The notes under the pieces are model-generated. The model saw nothing but the letters and a program-made list of their open reading frames with translations, searched no databases and was not told the DNA's origin. From the IMG/VR virus record IMGVR_UViG_3300027244_000003: a DNA stretch of 64,000 nucleotides. One strand, written 5' to 3'. Positions 28,152 to 37,561 of this stretch are shown here, piece after piece (within the stretch, counting starts at the first letter, position 1; every line of letters starts with the position of its first letter). The position numbers and the translations under genes are program-made. This DNA comes from a virus.

Positions 28152-28361
28152 ATGATGAAAGCCAAATTAACACCAAACCTAATCTCATTCTTCTTAGTTA
28201 GAAGAGGGAGTTGGCTTCTCAAAGTATCAGTCTTTAAACATAAGCAGATCATGGTGATTGCTCAAAATGTTTACGAACAAGACCGAACGATTGTTCAGGT
28301 TTTCCCGAACGAAACCCTCGCTGCAAACTTCATTGAATTCCTAGTTTCAGAGGACGTTTAG
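28152..28361 (+). CDS. Hypothetical protein
   Basis: 69-aa ORF just downstream of a late-promoter core. Confidence 0.55.
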   Translation: MMKAKLTPNLISFFLVRRGSWLLKVSVFKHKQIMVIAQNVYEQDRTIVQVFPNETLAANFIEFLVSEDV

Positions 28362-28364
28362 ACA

Positions 28365-28448
28365 CCCCTAGAGCCTTCCTAGCGTCTAAGTCGGGGCTAA
28401 ACCCTTCCCTAGCGTCCTAGAGCCTTCTAGCCCTTCCTAGGGGCTAAA
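28365..28448. repeat. CTAG-rich imperfect direct/inverted repeat array
   Basis: Six CTAG in 73 bp; CCTAGAGCCTTC x2, CCTAGCGTC x2, GGGGCTAAA x2; flanked by CCCCTAG/CTAGGGG. Confidence 0.75.
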
Positions 28449-28460
28449 AAATCCCTTATA

Positions 28461-28569
28461 AATCAACAACTTACAAAAAGTAAACCTTTAGGCTTACTCT
28501 CGGATAACCACACCCACAGTAGGGGATTGCAAAATACTTGTTGCCTTTAATGCAGTTTTGGACGATAAT
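28461..28569 (+). promoter_or_regulatory. Composite promoter (copy 3, IHF box inverted)
   Basis: AATCAACAACTTA (28461-28473); GTAGGGGA half-site (28519-28526); TTGCCT-N17-GATAAT (28541-28569). Confidence 0.6.
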
Positions 28570-28599
28570 AGATCTTATGATGAATCGAAAAGGAACTTT

Positions 28600-28815
28600 A
28601 TGATGAATGTGATCTACAAATCCAAAGCCCAGTTGGCTAAAGAAACCGAAAAGCAAGTCAAAGCATTCTTGCGCAAAGGTGGCTCGATTGAGATTGTAAA
28701 ATCTCGCAAAGCACCAAAGCAGAAAATGCGTGGTAAAGTTTCACGTGGGTTCGTGCAGGGCACTTCTGGTTTTCCTGCTGGTGCTCCACGCAAGTCTACA
28801 TTCAGTTTGATTTAA
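28600..28815 (+). CDS. Small basic early protein
   Basis: AAGGA SD; FL.KGG.I motif. Confidence 0.6.
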   Translation: MMNVIYKSKAQLAKETEKQVKAFLRKGGSIEIVKSRKAPKQKMRGKVSRGFVQGTSGFPAGAPRKSTFSLI

Positions 28816-28828
28816 TCAGGAGATCGAT

Positions 28829-29191
28829 ATGCTATCATGGGAAGAAATGTCTGAGTTGGAACAAGCACAATGCCAGTATTGGGATATGTACAAGGATGCC
28901 TATGGTGTGCGTCCTCGTGGTATCGATACCAGCATGTGGACGCTGAAAGACTTTGAAGCTGAGTTTATTCAGTTGGGTCATGTTATTATGCTTGAAGAAA
29001 TTGCTCGCAAAGAATCCGAAGCCAAAGCCATCATTGAGTTTGAAGATCGTGTACTCAATCTCATGCACACTGGCACTAATCGTGAACGTGTCATTGCATG
29101 GTTGATGGATGCTGAAGGTGCTAATGGCGACCATGAGTATTTCTGTTTCACGCAGGGTCTCCCTTATGGTTACTTCAGGAAAACCGCATGA
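28829..29191 (+). CDS. Hypothetical early protein
   Basis: AGGAG SD; D.YKDAYGVRPR motif. Confidence 0.7.
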   Translation: MLSWEEMSELEQAQCQYWDMYKDAYGVRPRGIDTSMWTLKDFEAEFIQLGHVIMLEEIARKESEAKAIIEFEDRVLNLMHTGTNRERVIAWLMDAEGANGDHEYFCFTQGLPYGYFRKTA

Positions 29192-29376
29192 GAGTTTTCC
29201 AAGAGACAACTCCAGATTGGGTTGGGAATGTATCCAACCACATCTATTATTTGACTGATGATAAATCAAAGATGGTTGCCTTCTATAATGTGGACACTGG
29301 TGTAGTGAAGAAATTCATTAAGCCAATTCGTTTTGATATGAGATATAGAAAATTTAAGGAACTGAAACACAAATGA
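29188..29376 (+). CDS. Small hypothetical protein
   Basis: ATGA overlaps at both ends. Confidence 0.6.
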   Translation: MRVFQETTPDWVGNVSNHIYYLTDDKSKMVAFYNVDTGVVKKFIKPIRFDMRYRKFKELKHK

Positions 29377-30677
29377 ATATTAATAAATTTTTAGATGGTT
29401 TAGCAGCAAATGCCTCACGCAACTTCAAAATCGAGCAACTAAACGCTAACAGCGATAACGAAGTTTTGCGTGAGGTCATTCGCTTGGCTCTGGATCCATT
29501 CACTCAATTCTATCAACGCAAGATTCCTGAGTACACCACAGACAAACATCAAACAAGTCTTGATCAAGCCATGCTTGCATTGTATGACTTGAAAGAAAGA
29601 GTCGTGACTGGTAATGCAGCAATTGAATATCTCCGTATGCTTCTCTCATCCGTATCAGCTGATGATGCTAAGGTACTGGAAAGAATCATCTCCAAAGATT
29701 TGAAGTGTGGTGTTGATGTATCTACTGCCAACAAAGTTTGGTCTGGTTTGATTCCTGAATACCCATGCATGTTATGCAGTCCATTCGAACAGAAGTTGGT
29801 TGACAAGATTAAATTCCCAGCCTACGCACAAATGAAGATGGATGGCATGCGCTTCAACGCAATCGTCAGAGATGGTAAGTGTGAATTTAGGAGTAGAAAT
29901 GGAAAAGAAATTTTACTACTTGGCAATTTGGAGCAAGAATTTATTTCTCTTGCTGGTTCTATTGATTGTGTTTTTGATGGTGAACTACTTGTAATGCTTG
30001 AGGGTGACCACCAATTTGCTGACAGGCAGACTGGTAATGGCATCTTGAACAAAGCAAACAAAGGCACAATCTCTGCCAAAGAAGCAGCACTGGTTCATGC
30101 AACTGTTTGGGATTTAATTCCTTACGTACAATTCATTGATGGATACTGTGGAAGTCCATACTCAAAACGATACTCTACACTGCAGGCAATTGTTGCCAAA
30201 CAAAAGTCAGATGGGAGGAAGATCTGGAATGTGACATCAACCATTGTGGAAACTCTGGAAGAAGCACAAGAGATTTTCCAAGGTTATCTTGCAGAAGGAT
30301 TTGAAGGTATCATTCTTAAGGATGGTGCTGGTGTTTGGGAAGACAAACGAAGCAAGACTCAGATTAAATTTAAGGGAGAACTTGAATGCGATCTTAAGAT
30401 TGTTGCAGTCGAAGAAGGTAAAGGTAAAGCAGTAGGTATGCTTGGTGCAATTATATGTGAGTCTGCAGATGGAATTGTAAAGGTAAATGTAGGATCTGGT
30501 TTCAATGATGCACAACGAAAGCAATATTGGAAAGAAAATTTAGTTGACAAAATCGTGGCAGTGAAGTATAATAGTCGTATCAAGAATAAGGCTGGAGAAG
30601 ACTCATTGTTTCTTCCAGTGTTCATTGAAATTCGTAATGATAAAGATATCGCAGATAAATCAAAGGATATAAAATGA
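29373..30677 (+). CDS. gp30: ATP-dependent DNA ligase
   Basis: KMDGMR (motif I), FDGEL, EGIILK, KFK, VGSGF. Confidence 0.95.
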   Translation: MNINKFLDGLAANASRNFKIEQLNANSDNEVLREVIRLALDPFTQFYQRKIPEYTTDKHQTSLDQAMLALYDLKERVVTGNAAIEYLRMLLSSVSADDAKVLERIISKDLKCGVDVSTANKVWSGLIPEYPCMLCSPFEQKLVDKIKFPAYAQMKMDGMRFNAIVRDGKCEFRSRNGKEILLLGNLEQEFISLAGSIDCVFDGELLVMLEGDHQFADRQTGNGILNKANKGTISAKEAALVHATVWDLIPYVQFIDGYCGSPYSKRYSTLQAIVAKQKSDGRKIWNVTSTIVETLEEAQEIFQGYLAEGFEGIILKDGAGVWEDKRSKTQIKFKGELECDLKIVAVEEGKGKAVGMLGAIICESADGIVKVNVGSGFNDAQRKQYWKENLVDKIVAVKYNSRIKNKAGEDSLFLPVFIEIRNDKDIADKSKDIK

Positions 30678-31045
30678 AAGTAGCAATCAATCGTTGTTTT
30701 GGTGGGTTCGGTATCTCGAATGAAGCATTCGAGAAGTTGCTCGAGCGTAAGGGTGTAGGATTTCAAAAAGTTCCAGCGAAGTTTAAATTCCGTGGTGATG
30801 ATTTTGATTACTACAAAGCAGGTATTGAGCCATGTGATGACACATATATCAGTGCGTATGATTATTATCAAGATCGTTCTGACCCAGACTTGATCGCAGT
30901 CATTGAAGAAATAAAAGACCAAGCAAATAGTTGGGCAGCAGAGATCGCTATTGTGGAAATTCCTGATGATGTTAAGTGGCACATCGATGAGTATGATGGT
31001 ATGGAACATGTGGCTGAAGATCACCGAACTTGGTATGGAGATTAA
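30674..31045 (+). CDS. Conserved phage hypothetical protein
   Basis: IN.CFGGFG.S, R.DP.L..V.EE, I.EYDG.E motifs. Confidence 0.7.
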   Translation: MKVAINRCFGGFGISNEAFEKLLERKGVGFQKVPAKFKFRGDDFDYYKAGIEPCDDTYISAYDYYQDRSDPDLIAVIEEIKDQANSWAAEIAIVEIPDDVKWHIDEYDGMEHVAEDHRTWYGD

Positions 31046-31047
31046 TT

Positions 31048-31605
31048 ATGCGTAAAGAACTAGACGAAGCACTGTGTGCAAAGTATCCTCTGATCTTTAA
31101 AGATCGTCATGAGAATATGCAACACACCGCCATGTGTTGGGGTTTCTCGCATGGTGATGGTTGGTATAATATCCTTGATGTTCTTTGCGGGATGTTGACT
31201 GGCGATTATCGTCAAGCGAAAAGTCGCTATGAATCGATTAAAGATAAAGTTGGCCAACCAACATTTGGATTCAGAGATAATGGTGATCCAGTCGGTAAAA
31301 TTGTCACTCAAGAACTGATTGATGAAGCCAAAGTAAAACTTGATGAAGAAACTGCAAAGGTTCCAGTGGCTTCTCAAGTAAAAGAAAAGTTCGGAGGACT
31401 TCGTTTCTATGTTAATGGAGCAACTGATAAGCACTGGAATTATATTTCAATTGCTGAGAATTTTAGTTATCGCACATGTGAAGAATGCGGTAGTCCAGGT
31501 AAAACTTATACTGATGGTTGGCATCGTACTCTTTGCGATATCCATGCAGCGATGGCTGGTCGTACTGAAGAATATCAGTCTGATGAAGATGAAGGAGATG
31601 AATAA
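31048..31605 (+). CDS. Hypothetical protein with C-terminal Zn-binding motif
   Basis: QVKEKFGGLRFY, CEECG...C..H. Confidence 0.7.
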   Translation: MRKELDEALCAKYPLIFKDRHENMQHTAMCWGFSHGDGWYNILDVLCGMLTGDYRQAKSRYESIKDKVGQPTFGFRDNGDPVGKIVTQELIDEAKVKLDEETAKVPVASQVKEKFGGLRFYVNGATDKHWNYISIAENFSYRTCEECGSPGKTYTDGWHRTLCDIHAAMAGRTEEYQSDEDEGDE

Positions 31606-31973
31606 TGTTTTACGGTAAAGAAACTATTGAACAAAACTTTTCTCTCGTTCTAAACAAATTGGAAGAACAAGAATTGTTTTTGTTCGAACCAATGCCAAGT
31701 TACAAACTGAATGATAGATGGACTGACGAATTTCGTATTCGTGATGGACACACTAAACTTGCTGATGGCACTTGGGTTACTATACATAAAGTAACTACTT
31801 GGGTTGAGAAACTCAAGAAAGATACTACAGAGTTGTATGAACAAAATCAACAAACTAATCGTGAGTTGACTCTTGCTAAACGCAGGATCTATGAGATGGA
31901 ATATGGATTGCGAGTTGCTGAGAAAGCATTGAAGAATTCACTGGCTTTAACTAAGGAGATGATTGATGAGTAA
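31605..31973 (+). CDS. Hypothetical coiled-coil protein
   Basis: TAATG coupling; heptad C-terminus. Confidence 0.55.
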   Translation: MFYGKETIEQNFSLVLNKLEEQELFLFEPMPSYKLNDRWTDEFRIRDGHTKLADGTWVTIHKVTTWVEKLKKDTTELYEQNQQTNRELTLAKRRIYEMEYGLRVAEKALKNSLALTKEMIDE

Positions 31974-32277
31974 ATTTGTTTTGGTTGATTGCATTGCACA
32001 GTATCGTATGCGTTACATTATCGAAGTACCAGACAATCATAATGAGCAGGAGTATCCATGTTCGGCAGAGCAGTGGGCACTAGATACAGTAACATCTGAA
32101 GAAATGCAAGAATTTTCTCAGTTGTATCTTGGCGAAACTATTGTTAGTAGTCGTGAGATTACTAAAGAAGAAATTGTACCATTGTGCGATATTGATAATG
32201 AGTATTGCAAATCTTGGGATGACGACAAGAAGATTAAAGTATTTGTAACTGAAGTTGGCTACAAAAGGGACTGGTAA
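31966..32277 (+). CDS. Hypothetical protein
   Basis: AAGGAG SD; EFSQ..LGETI motif. Confidence 0.6.
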   Translation: MSKFVLVDCIAQYRMRYIIEVPDNHNEQEYPCSAEQWALDTVTSEEMQEFSQLYLGETIVSSREITKEEIVPLCDIDNEYCKSWDDDKKIKVFVTEVGYKRDW

Positions 32278-32843
32278 TGTTTATGTTCGATGTGGAGACT
32301 CTAGGAGTAGAGTCTACCTGTGTAATTCTATCTGCTGCATTGATTCATTTTGATCCAGAGAAACGTCCAACCTACCAAGATCTATTGGACAATGCATGCT
32401 TTGTTAAGTTAAATGCCAAGGATCAGATTGAACGATTAAAACGATCTGTTGATGTTGGAACACTTGAGTGGTGGAAGAACCAACACGAATATGTTCATAA
32501 AGTTTCGTTTAAACCTTCTGGTGACGATATGCTTGCTGAAGATGCTATCACTACATTGCATAACTATATGAACAAGGTTCCAAATGCTCAGAATCAAACA
32601 ATGTGGGCACGTGGTTCTCTTGACCAAATGGCAATTGATTCGCTGTCAACTAGAGTTGACATGCAAGTACTTACAGGATATGCTATGTGGAGAGATGTTC
32701 GAACAGCAGTAGATATCCTTTATGGAACTACAAATGGTTACTGCGAGATTGATCATCCTTTGTTCAACCGAACTGATGTGATTAAACATCATCCTGTTCA
32801 TGACTGCGCATTAGATGCTATGATGTTGATGTATGGTAAATGA
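32277..32843 (+). CDS. dexA: DEDDh 3'-5' exonuclease (DexA-like)
   Basis: FDVETLG, WARG..D, RDVRT, H.P.HDCALD. Confidence 0.85.
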   Translation: MFMFDVETLGVESTCVILSAALIHFDPEKRPTYQDLLDNACFVKLNAKDQIERLKRSVDVGTLEWWKNQHEYVHKVSFKPSGDDMLAEDAITTLHNYMNKVPNAQNQTMWARGSLDQMAIDSLSTRVDMQVLTGYAMWRDVRTAVDILYGTTNGYCEIDHPLFNRTDVIKHHPVHDCALDAMMLMYGK

Positions 32844-33132
32844 TATAGTATTCCAAACATATGATTATATCATTGGTGGAAAGATGGTGGTTGGTCGTGC
32901 CAGAATGTCTTACGAATGGAAGACTCTATTGGAAGATGGAGATCCAGACGCCAGAGACAAGCTGAAGTCTGAGTTAATCCATCAGATGGCAGAGTTTATG
33001 CTTGAGAATAATTTGGTAGAATTTACTTATTATGATAATCCAATAGACCTATCAAGACAAGTCGCAGTTAGAGCATACCTCGCCCCAAGTGATCAAGTTA
33101 AAATTTTAAGAATGGCAAATAAAATATTATGA
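32833..33132 (+). CDS. Hypothetical protein
   Basis: ORF overlapping both neighbours. Confidence 0.5.
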   Translation: MVNDIVFQTYDYIIGGKMVVGRARMSYEWKTLLEDGDPDARDKLKSELIHQMAEFMLENNLVEFTYYDNPIDLSRQVAVRAYLAPSDQVKILRMANKIL

Positions 33133-33353
33133 CACAAGAAATAACTTTACATCGTGATGCTTTAGAAAAGATTCTCAAACTCGTAGATGAACTTAACCCA
33201 AATGCAAGCCTTAGAGTTAGTGCTGGTTATGTAACAATCTATTCTGATCAATCCTCTGGTATTGGTCAACTTATTGATGCTGAAGTAGACGTTGAACTCA
33301 ATGGTCTTTACGGTAAGTTTAAACAACGAATTGTAGATGAGGGTAGCTGGTAA
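33129..33353 (+). CDS. Hypothetical protein
   Basis: Coupled ORF with SSGIG motif. Confidence 0.55.
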   Translation: MTQEITLHRDALEKILKLVDELNPNASLRVSAGYVTIYSDQSSGIGQLIDAEVDVELNGLYGKFKQRIVDEGSW

Positions 33354-35836
33354 TGGAATTTTATACATCGGTTCATCCGATTGGAGACAAGATCTATATT
33401 CGAGGTTATGAAAAGGGGAAACCTTACAAACGTAAACTAGATTTCCAACCAACATTTTATGTAACATCAAACAAACCCTCCAAGTGGAAAACACTGGAGG
33501 GAATTTTCGTTGATGAAATTAAACCTGGATCCATTCGAGATGCTCGAGACTTCGTCAAACGATATGATGAGGTAGAAGGCTTTGCTGTTTATGGTAATAC
33601 CAACTATGCATATCAGTATATCAGTGACAACTATGACACTGTTAACTGGGACATGGAACAGATCAAAGTATTTACAATTGACATTGAAACTTCTACAGAG
33701 AATGGTTTCCCAGATGTTCGTCTTGCCAATGAAGAAGTTCTTCTAATCACCATCAAAGATCTACAGTCAAAGCGCATTATCACTTTTGGTTCTAAACCAT
33801 TCGTGCATAATCGTGACGATGTAGTCTATATCACTTGTCGTGATGAACAACATTTGCTAAAAGAGTTTATGCTTTTCTGGCAAGACAATTATCCAGATGT
33901 TGTCACTGGTTGGAATACCGACTTCTTCGATATGCCATATCTTATTCGTAGGATTGATCGTGAACTTGGTGCAGATGTTTCTAAGAAAATTTCTCCATGG
34001 GGCATGATCAATGAGAGAAAGACATTCATTAAAGGTAATGAAGAACTTCATTACGATATCATTGGCATCTCTCAGCTAGATTATCTTGAACTCTACAAGA
34101 AGTATACCTATTCAAAACAGGAATCATATCGCCTCGACTATATCGCTGAGCAAGAACTTGCTGACAAAAAGAAACCGAATCCTGGAGTTGACTTCAAAGA
34201 TTTCTATACTAACTATTGGCAAGCATTTGTTGAGTATAACATCCATGACGTAGAGTTGGTTGACAAACTCGAAGACAAGATGCGACTTTTAGAGTTGCAC
34301 CTGACCATGGCGTATGCTGCAAAGATTAATCCAGAAGATGTTTACTCACAGGTTCGTATGTGGGATACTATCATCTATAATCATTTACGTGCTCGTCATA
34401 TTGTCATTCCTGCTAAAACACACTCTGGTAAAGATGCACAATTTGAAGGTGCGTATGTTAAAGATCCACTTGTTGGTATGCATAAGTGGGTGGCTTCTTT
34501 TGACTTGAACTCATTGTATCCGCATTTGATCATGCAATACAACATCAGCCCAGAGACTTTAACGTCTGAGAAGATGCCAGTCAATGTAGAGAAGTTGCTT
34601 AACAAAGAGATTGATCTTTCGTATGCAAAGCAACGAGATCTTTGTGTCACTGCGAATGGATGGACTTACACTAAAGAAGTCAAAGGGTTCATGCCTGAGT
34701 TGATGGAGAAGATGTATACTGACCGAAGCAAGTTTAAGAAACAGATGCTAAAGGTTCAACAGGAATACGAGAAAGACAAAACAAAGAAACATTTGTTGAA
34801 GGATATCTCTCGCTTAAACAATCTGCAGATGGCGATGAAGATTGCATTGAACTCTGCTTATGGTGCCATGGGTAATCAGTACTTCCGCTATTTCGATATT
34901 CGTATGGCTGAAGGAATTACTACTTCTGGTCAGTTGTCTATTCGTTGGATGGCTAATAAGTTGAATGCATTCCTTAACAAGACTTTAAAGACCGAAGGTA
35001 AAGATTTTGTTATTGCGATTGACACTGACTCGATCTATCTAACTCTTGAAGAACTTGTTGAACGAACCTGTGAAGGTAAGACAACAGAACAAAAGATCAA
35101 GTTTATGGATAAGATCTGCGAAGATGTTTTCCAACCATTCATTGATTCAGGTTACCAAGAGTTGGCTGATTATATGAATGCATATAGTCAAAAGATGCAG
35201 ATGAAGCGAGAGGTTCTTGCTGACAAGGCAATCTGGACTGCCAAGAAACGCTATGTTATTAATGTTCATAATTCAGAAGGTGTACAGTATGAGAAGCCTA
35301 AGATCAAAGTTATGGGTTTGGAAATGGTCAAGTCGAGTACACCTGCTGTTATTCGTGACAAACTCAAAGATTCGTTACAAGTTATTCTCTCGGGAGATGA
35401 AAAGAAACTACACACGTATGTCACAGAGTTTAAAAAAGAGTTTGTCAAATTACCGATCGAAGACATAGCATTCCCACGTGGTGTTAATGGTATGAAGCAG
35501 TATGCAGGTTCTCCGATTTATACAAAGGGAACTCCAATCCATGTTCGTGGTTCTTTGTTGTATAATCACTATACTAAAAAGATGGGACTAGATAAAAAGT
35601 ACCAAGCGATTCGAGATGGTGATAAGATCAAGTTTGTTTATGTTCAAAAACCAAATCCATTACAAGAAGATATCATTGCATTCCCGCAACAACTTCCAAA
35701 GGAACTTGGATTGGAATCATACATAGATTATGACAAACAGTTCGAGAAAGTATTCTTGGACGCACTTCAAATTGTAATCGAACCATTGGGTTGGAAGACT
35801 CAAGAACAAAGTTCATTGGAGAACTTTTTTGGCTGA
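33353..35836 (+). CDS. gp43: Family B DNA polymerase
   Basis: DIET exonuclease motif, SFDLNSLYP, KIALNSAYG, IDTDS, KKRY; uninterrupted. Confidence 0.98.
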   Translation: MEFYTSVHPIGDKIYIRGYEKGKPYKRKLDFQPTFYVTSNKPSKWKTLEGIFVDEIKPGSIRDARDFVKRYDEVEGFAVYGNTNYAYQYISDNYDTVNWDMEQIKVFTIDIETSTENGFPDVRLANEEVLLITIKDLQSKRIITFGSKPFVHNRDDVVYITCRDEQHLLKEFMLFWQDNYPDVVTGWNTDFFDMPYLIRRIDRELGADVSKKISPWGMINERKTFIKGNEELHYDIIGISQLDYLELYKKYTYSKQESYRLDYIAEQELADKKKPNPGVDFKDFYTNYWQAFVEYNIHDVELVDKLEDKMRLLELHLTMAYAAKINPEDVYSQVRMWDTIIYNHLRARHIVIPAKTHSGKDAQFEGAYVKDPLVGMHKWVASFDLNSLYPHLIMQYNISPETLTSEKMPVNVEKLLNKEIDLSYAKQRDLCVTANGWTYTKEVKGFMPELMEKMYTDRSKFKKQMLKVQQEYEKDKTKKHLLKDISRLNNLQMAMKIALNSAYGAMGNQYFRYFDIRMAEGITTSGQLSIRWMANKLNAFLNKTLKTEGKDFVIAIDTDSIYLTLEELVERTCEGKTTEQKIKFMDKICEDVFQPFIDSGYQELADYMNAYSQKMQMKREVLADKAIWTAKKRYVINVHNSEGVQYEKPKIKVMGLEMVKSSTPAVIRDKLKDSLQVILSGDEKKLHTYVTEFKKEFVKLPIEDIAFPRGVNGMKQYAGSPIYTKGTPIHVRGSLLYNHYTKKMGLDKKYQAIRDGDKIKFVYVQKPNPLQEDIIAFPQQLPKELGLESYIDYDKQFEKVFLDALQIVIEPLGWKTQEQSSLENFFG

Positions 35837-36449
35837 ACATTCATACTACCCACTAGTAAACATACAAGACAGACGTGTAGTTCTTTCTGTTGATGACTTC
35901 TTTGATTTAAAGGAACTTGATTATATTAGAAGTTGCTTAAACACAGAGAAGCCAACTGCTGCTATTGTTGGATATACTGATCCAAAGAATGTAGAAGACT
36001 ACGAAAAGATGGTCAAGAAAGCACACGAACGTAGAAAGTCTAATGTATGTTTCTTGGACTTCTTTGAATATGAGTTTTTCTATAAAAAGTTATGTACAGC
36101 AATTCACCATGTAAACCTTACTAATTTTAACAAAGTTTTATATGGTATAGAAGCATTACAGTTTGCAGAGTATGATTCTTTGTATGAAGGATTTTATGGA
36201 GTCCATCCAGATGCTGTAAATACAGATAATGCATTAACAAGATCGTTATCATTTTCTATGCAGATGTCTAAACCAGAAGAGTATGAAGGTGGTGAAGTTC
36301 TAGTCTATGATGGTAATACTACATATACAGCAAACAAGAAATATGGATCAATTACATTCTTTGATTCTAGAATGTTACACGAAGTCACTCCTGTCACCAG
36401 TGGCTTTAGAAGAAGTATAGTTGGATGGATTCTTGGACCAAGAGTATGA
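35829..36449 (+). CDS. 2OG-Fe(II) oxygenase (PKHD/prolyl-hydroxylase-like)
   Basis: H.D (HPD), YEGGE, HEVTPVTSG.R.S.VGW..GP. Confidence 0.85.
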   Translation: MAEHSYYPLVNIQDRRVVLSVDDFFDLKELDYIRSCLNTEKPTAAIVGYTDPKNVEDYEKMVKKAHERRKSNVCFLDFFEYEFFYKKLCTAIHHVNLTNFNKVLYGIEALQFAEYDSLYEGFYGVHPDAVNTDNALTRSLSFSMQMSKPEEYEGGEVLVYDGNTTYTANKKYGSITFFDSRMLHEVTPVTSGFRRSIVGWILGPRV

Positions 36450-36994
36450 GCAACATTAGAATAATTAAAACTGGAATCAATGTTTCAAAGATATTGAAGC
36501 AACTTCAACAACATCCAACTGACTGGGATCATCAAAAACGAATTGAGGATATCGGTGACTCAACTCAATCTGGATGGAAATTTGCGCCAGTTGGTACACT
36601 GCAATTAGTCATGGGAGGTGTTACAAACAAAGACGAATTTGTTGGTAACACTGAGATATGTATATCAACCAGAGCGATTGCTAATCATACAGAAGTTGTA
36701 GGATTCATGAGAAGAAATTTTAAGAAATTTAGTCGTTGTGGATTCCTAGCATTGCCAGTTGGTGAACGTGTAGAAAAACATATTGATCATGGGACTTATT
36801 ATCTTACAAGAGATCGATACCATCTATCAATCCAAGGTACGTATAGATACTTTTGCGGTGATGAATATGTAGATGTTGAACCTGGAACTTTGCTCTGGTT
36901 CAATAATAAACTTATGCATGGAACTGAAAACACAGGTGACTGTACACGAATTACATTTGTGTTCGATGTACCACACTCTAAGTCTAATCCATAG
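36446..36994 (+). CDS. Aspartyl/asparaginyl beta-hydroxylase-like oxygenase
   Basis: HID.G.YY, RYHL, WFNNK..H...N, RI..VFD. Confidence 0.8.
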   Translation: MSNIRIIKTGINVSKILKQLQQHPTDWDHQKRIEDIGDSTQSGWKFAPVGTLQLVMGGVTNKDEFVGNTEICISTRAIANHTEVVGFMRRNFKKFSRCGFLALPVGERVEKHIDHGTYYLTRDRYHLSIQGTYRYFCGDEYVDVEPGTLLWFNNKLMHGTENTGDCTRITFVFDVPHSKSNP

Positions 36995-37023
36995 TTGTCT
37001 TGTAATTATACATAGAGTATAAT
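36995..37023 (+). promoter_or_regulatory. Sigma70-type promoter
   Basis: TTGTCT-N17-TATAAT. Confidence 0.8.
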
Positions 37024-37041
37024 ATAATTTTAGGAGAATAA

Positions 37042-37308
37042 ATGATAGTTAAGCCATTGAAGAAAAAAGTTCTTGTTGCAGAGAATAAAGTAGATCAAAC
37101 CACTGAAGCAGGAATCATCTTAGATGGTACTACATCTGCACGAGATTCCAAACAGGGAACAGTCCTTGCAATTGGACCAGATGTAACCATGGTAGAAGTT
37201 GGAGATAAAGTTTACATCGAATGGAATAAAGCCCAAGTCGTTAAAATTGGTGACGCACAGCGAGTCATTATCGATGAGGAAAACATTGTTGCTGTTGTGG
37301 AGAAATAA
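37042..37308 (+). CDS. groES: Co-chaperonin GroES
   Basis: KPL..KVLV, T.AGIIL mobile loop, G.VLAIGP, V.VGD.V. Confidence 0.88.
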   Translation: MIVKPLKKKVLVAENKVDQTTEAGIILDGTTSARDSKQGTVLAIGPDVTMVEVGDKVYIEWNKAQVVKIGDAQRVIIDEENIVAVVEK

Positions 37309-37560
37309 ATGAAGGTTCTTAAATTTTATGCTGAATGGTGTGGTCCATGCAAAGGATTGACAATGGTGATCAAAGGTGCTGGTGATAAAGTTACAGTTCC
37401 AGTTGAAGACGTAAACATTGATGAAAATCTTATGATGGCGCAAGACTTTAATATTCGATCTGTTCCAACTATGGTTCTAGTAGACAAAGAAGAAAAGGAA
37501 TTAAAGCGTGTTGTTGGATCATTGTCTGAAACACAGTTGTTAGAATTTCTAAAGGTATAA
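37309..37560 (+). CDS. Thioredoxin
   Basis: WCGPC active site, IRSVPT. Confidence 0.92.
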   Translation: MKVLKFYAEWCGPCKGLTMVIKGAGDKVTVPVEDVNIDENLMMAQDFNIRSVPTMVLVDKEEKELKRVVGSLSETQLLEFLKV

Positions 37561-37561
37561 T

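Noticed and set aside
28365-28448. Possible CRISPR array
   Set aside because: Repeats are short, degenerate and lack unique spacers of regular length; no cas genes.
30359-31024. 221-aa minus-strand ORF
   Set aside because: Antisense to the ligase and the next gene; no independent coding signals.
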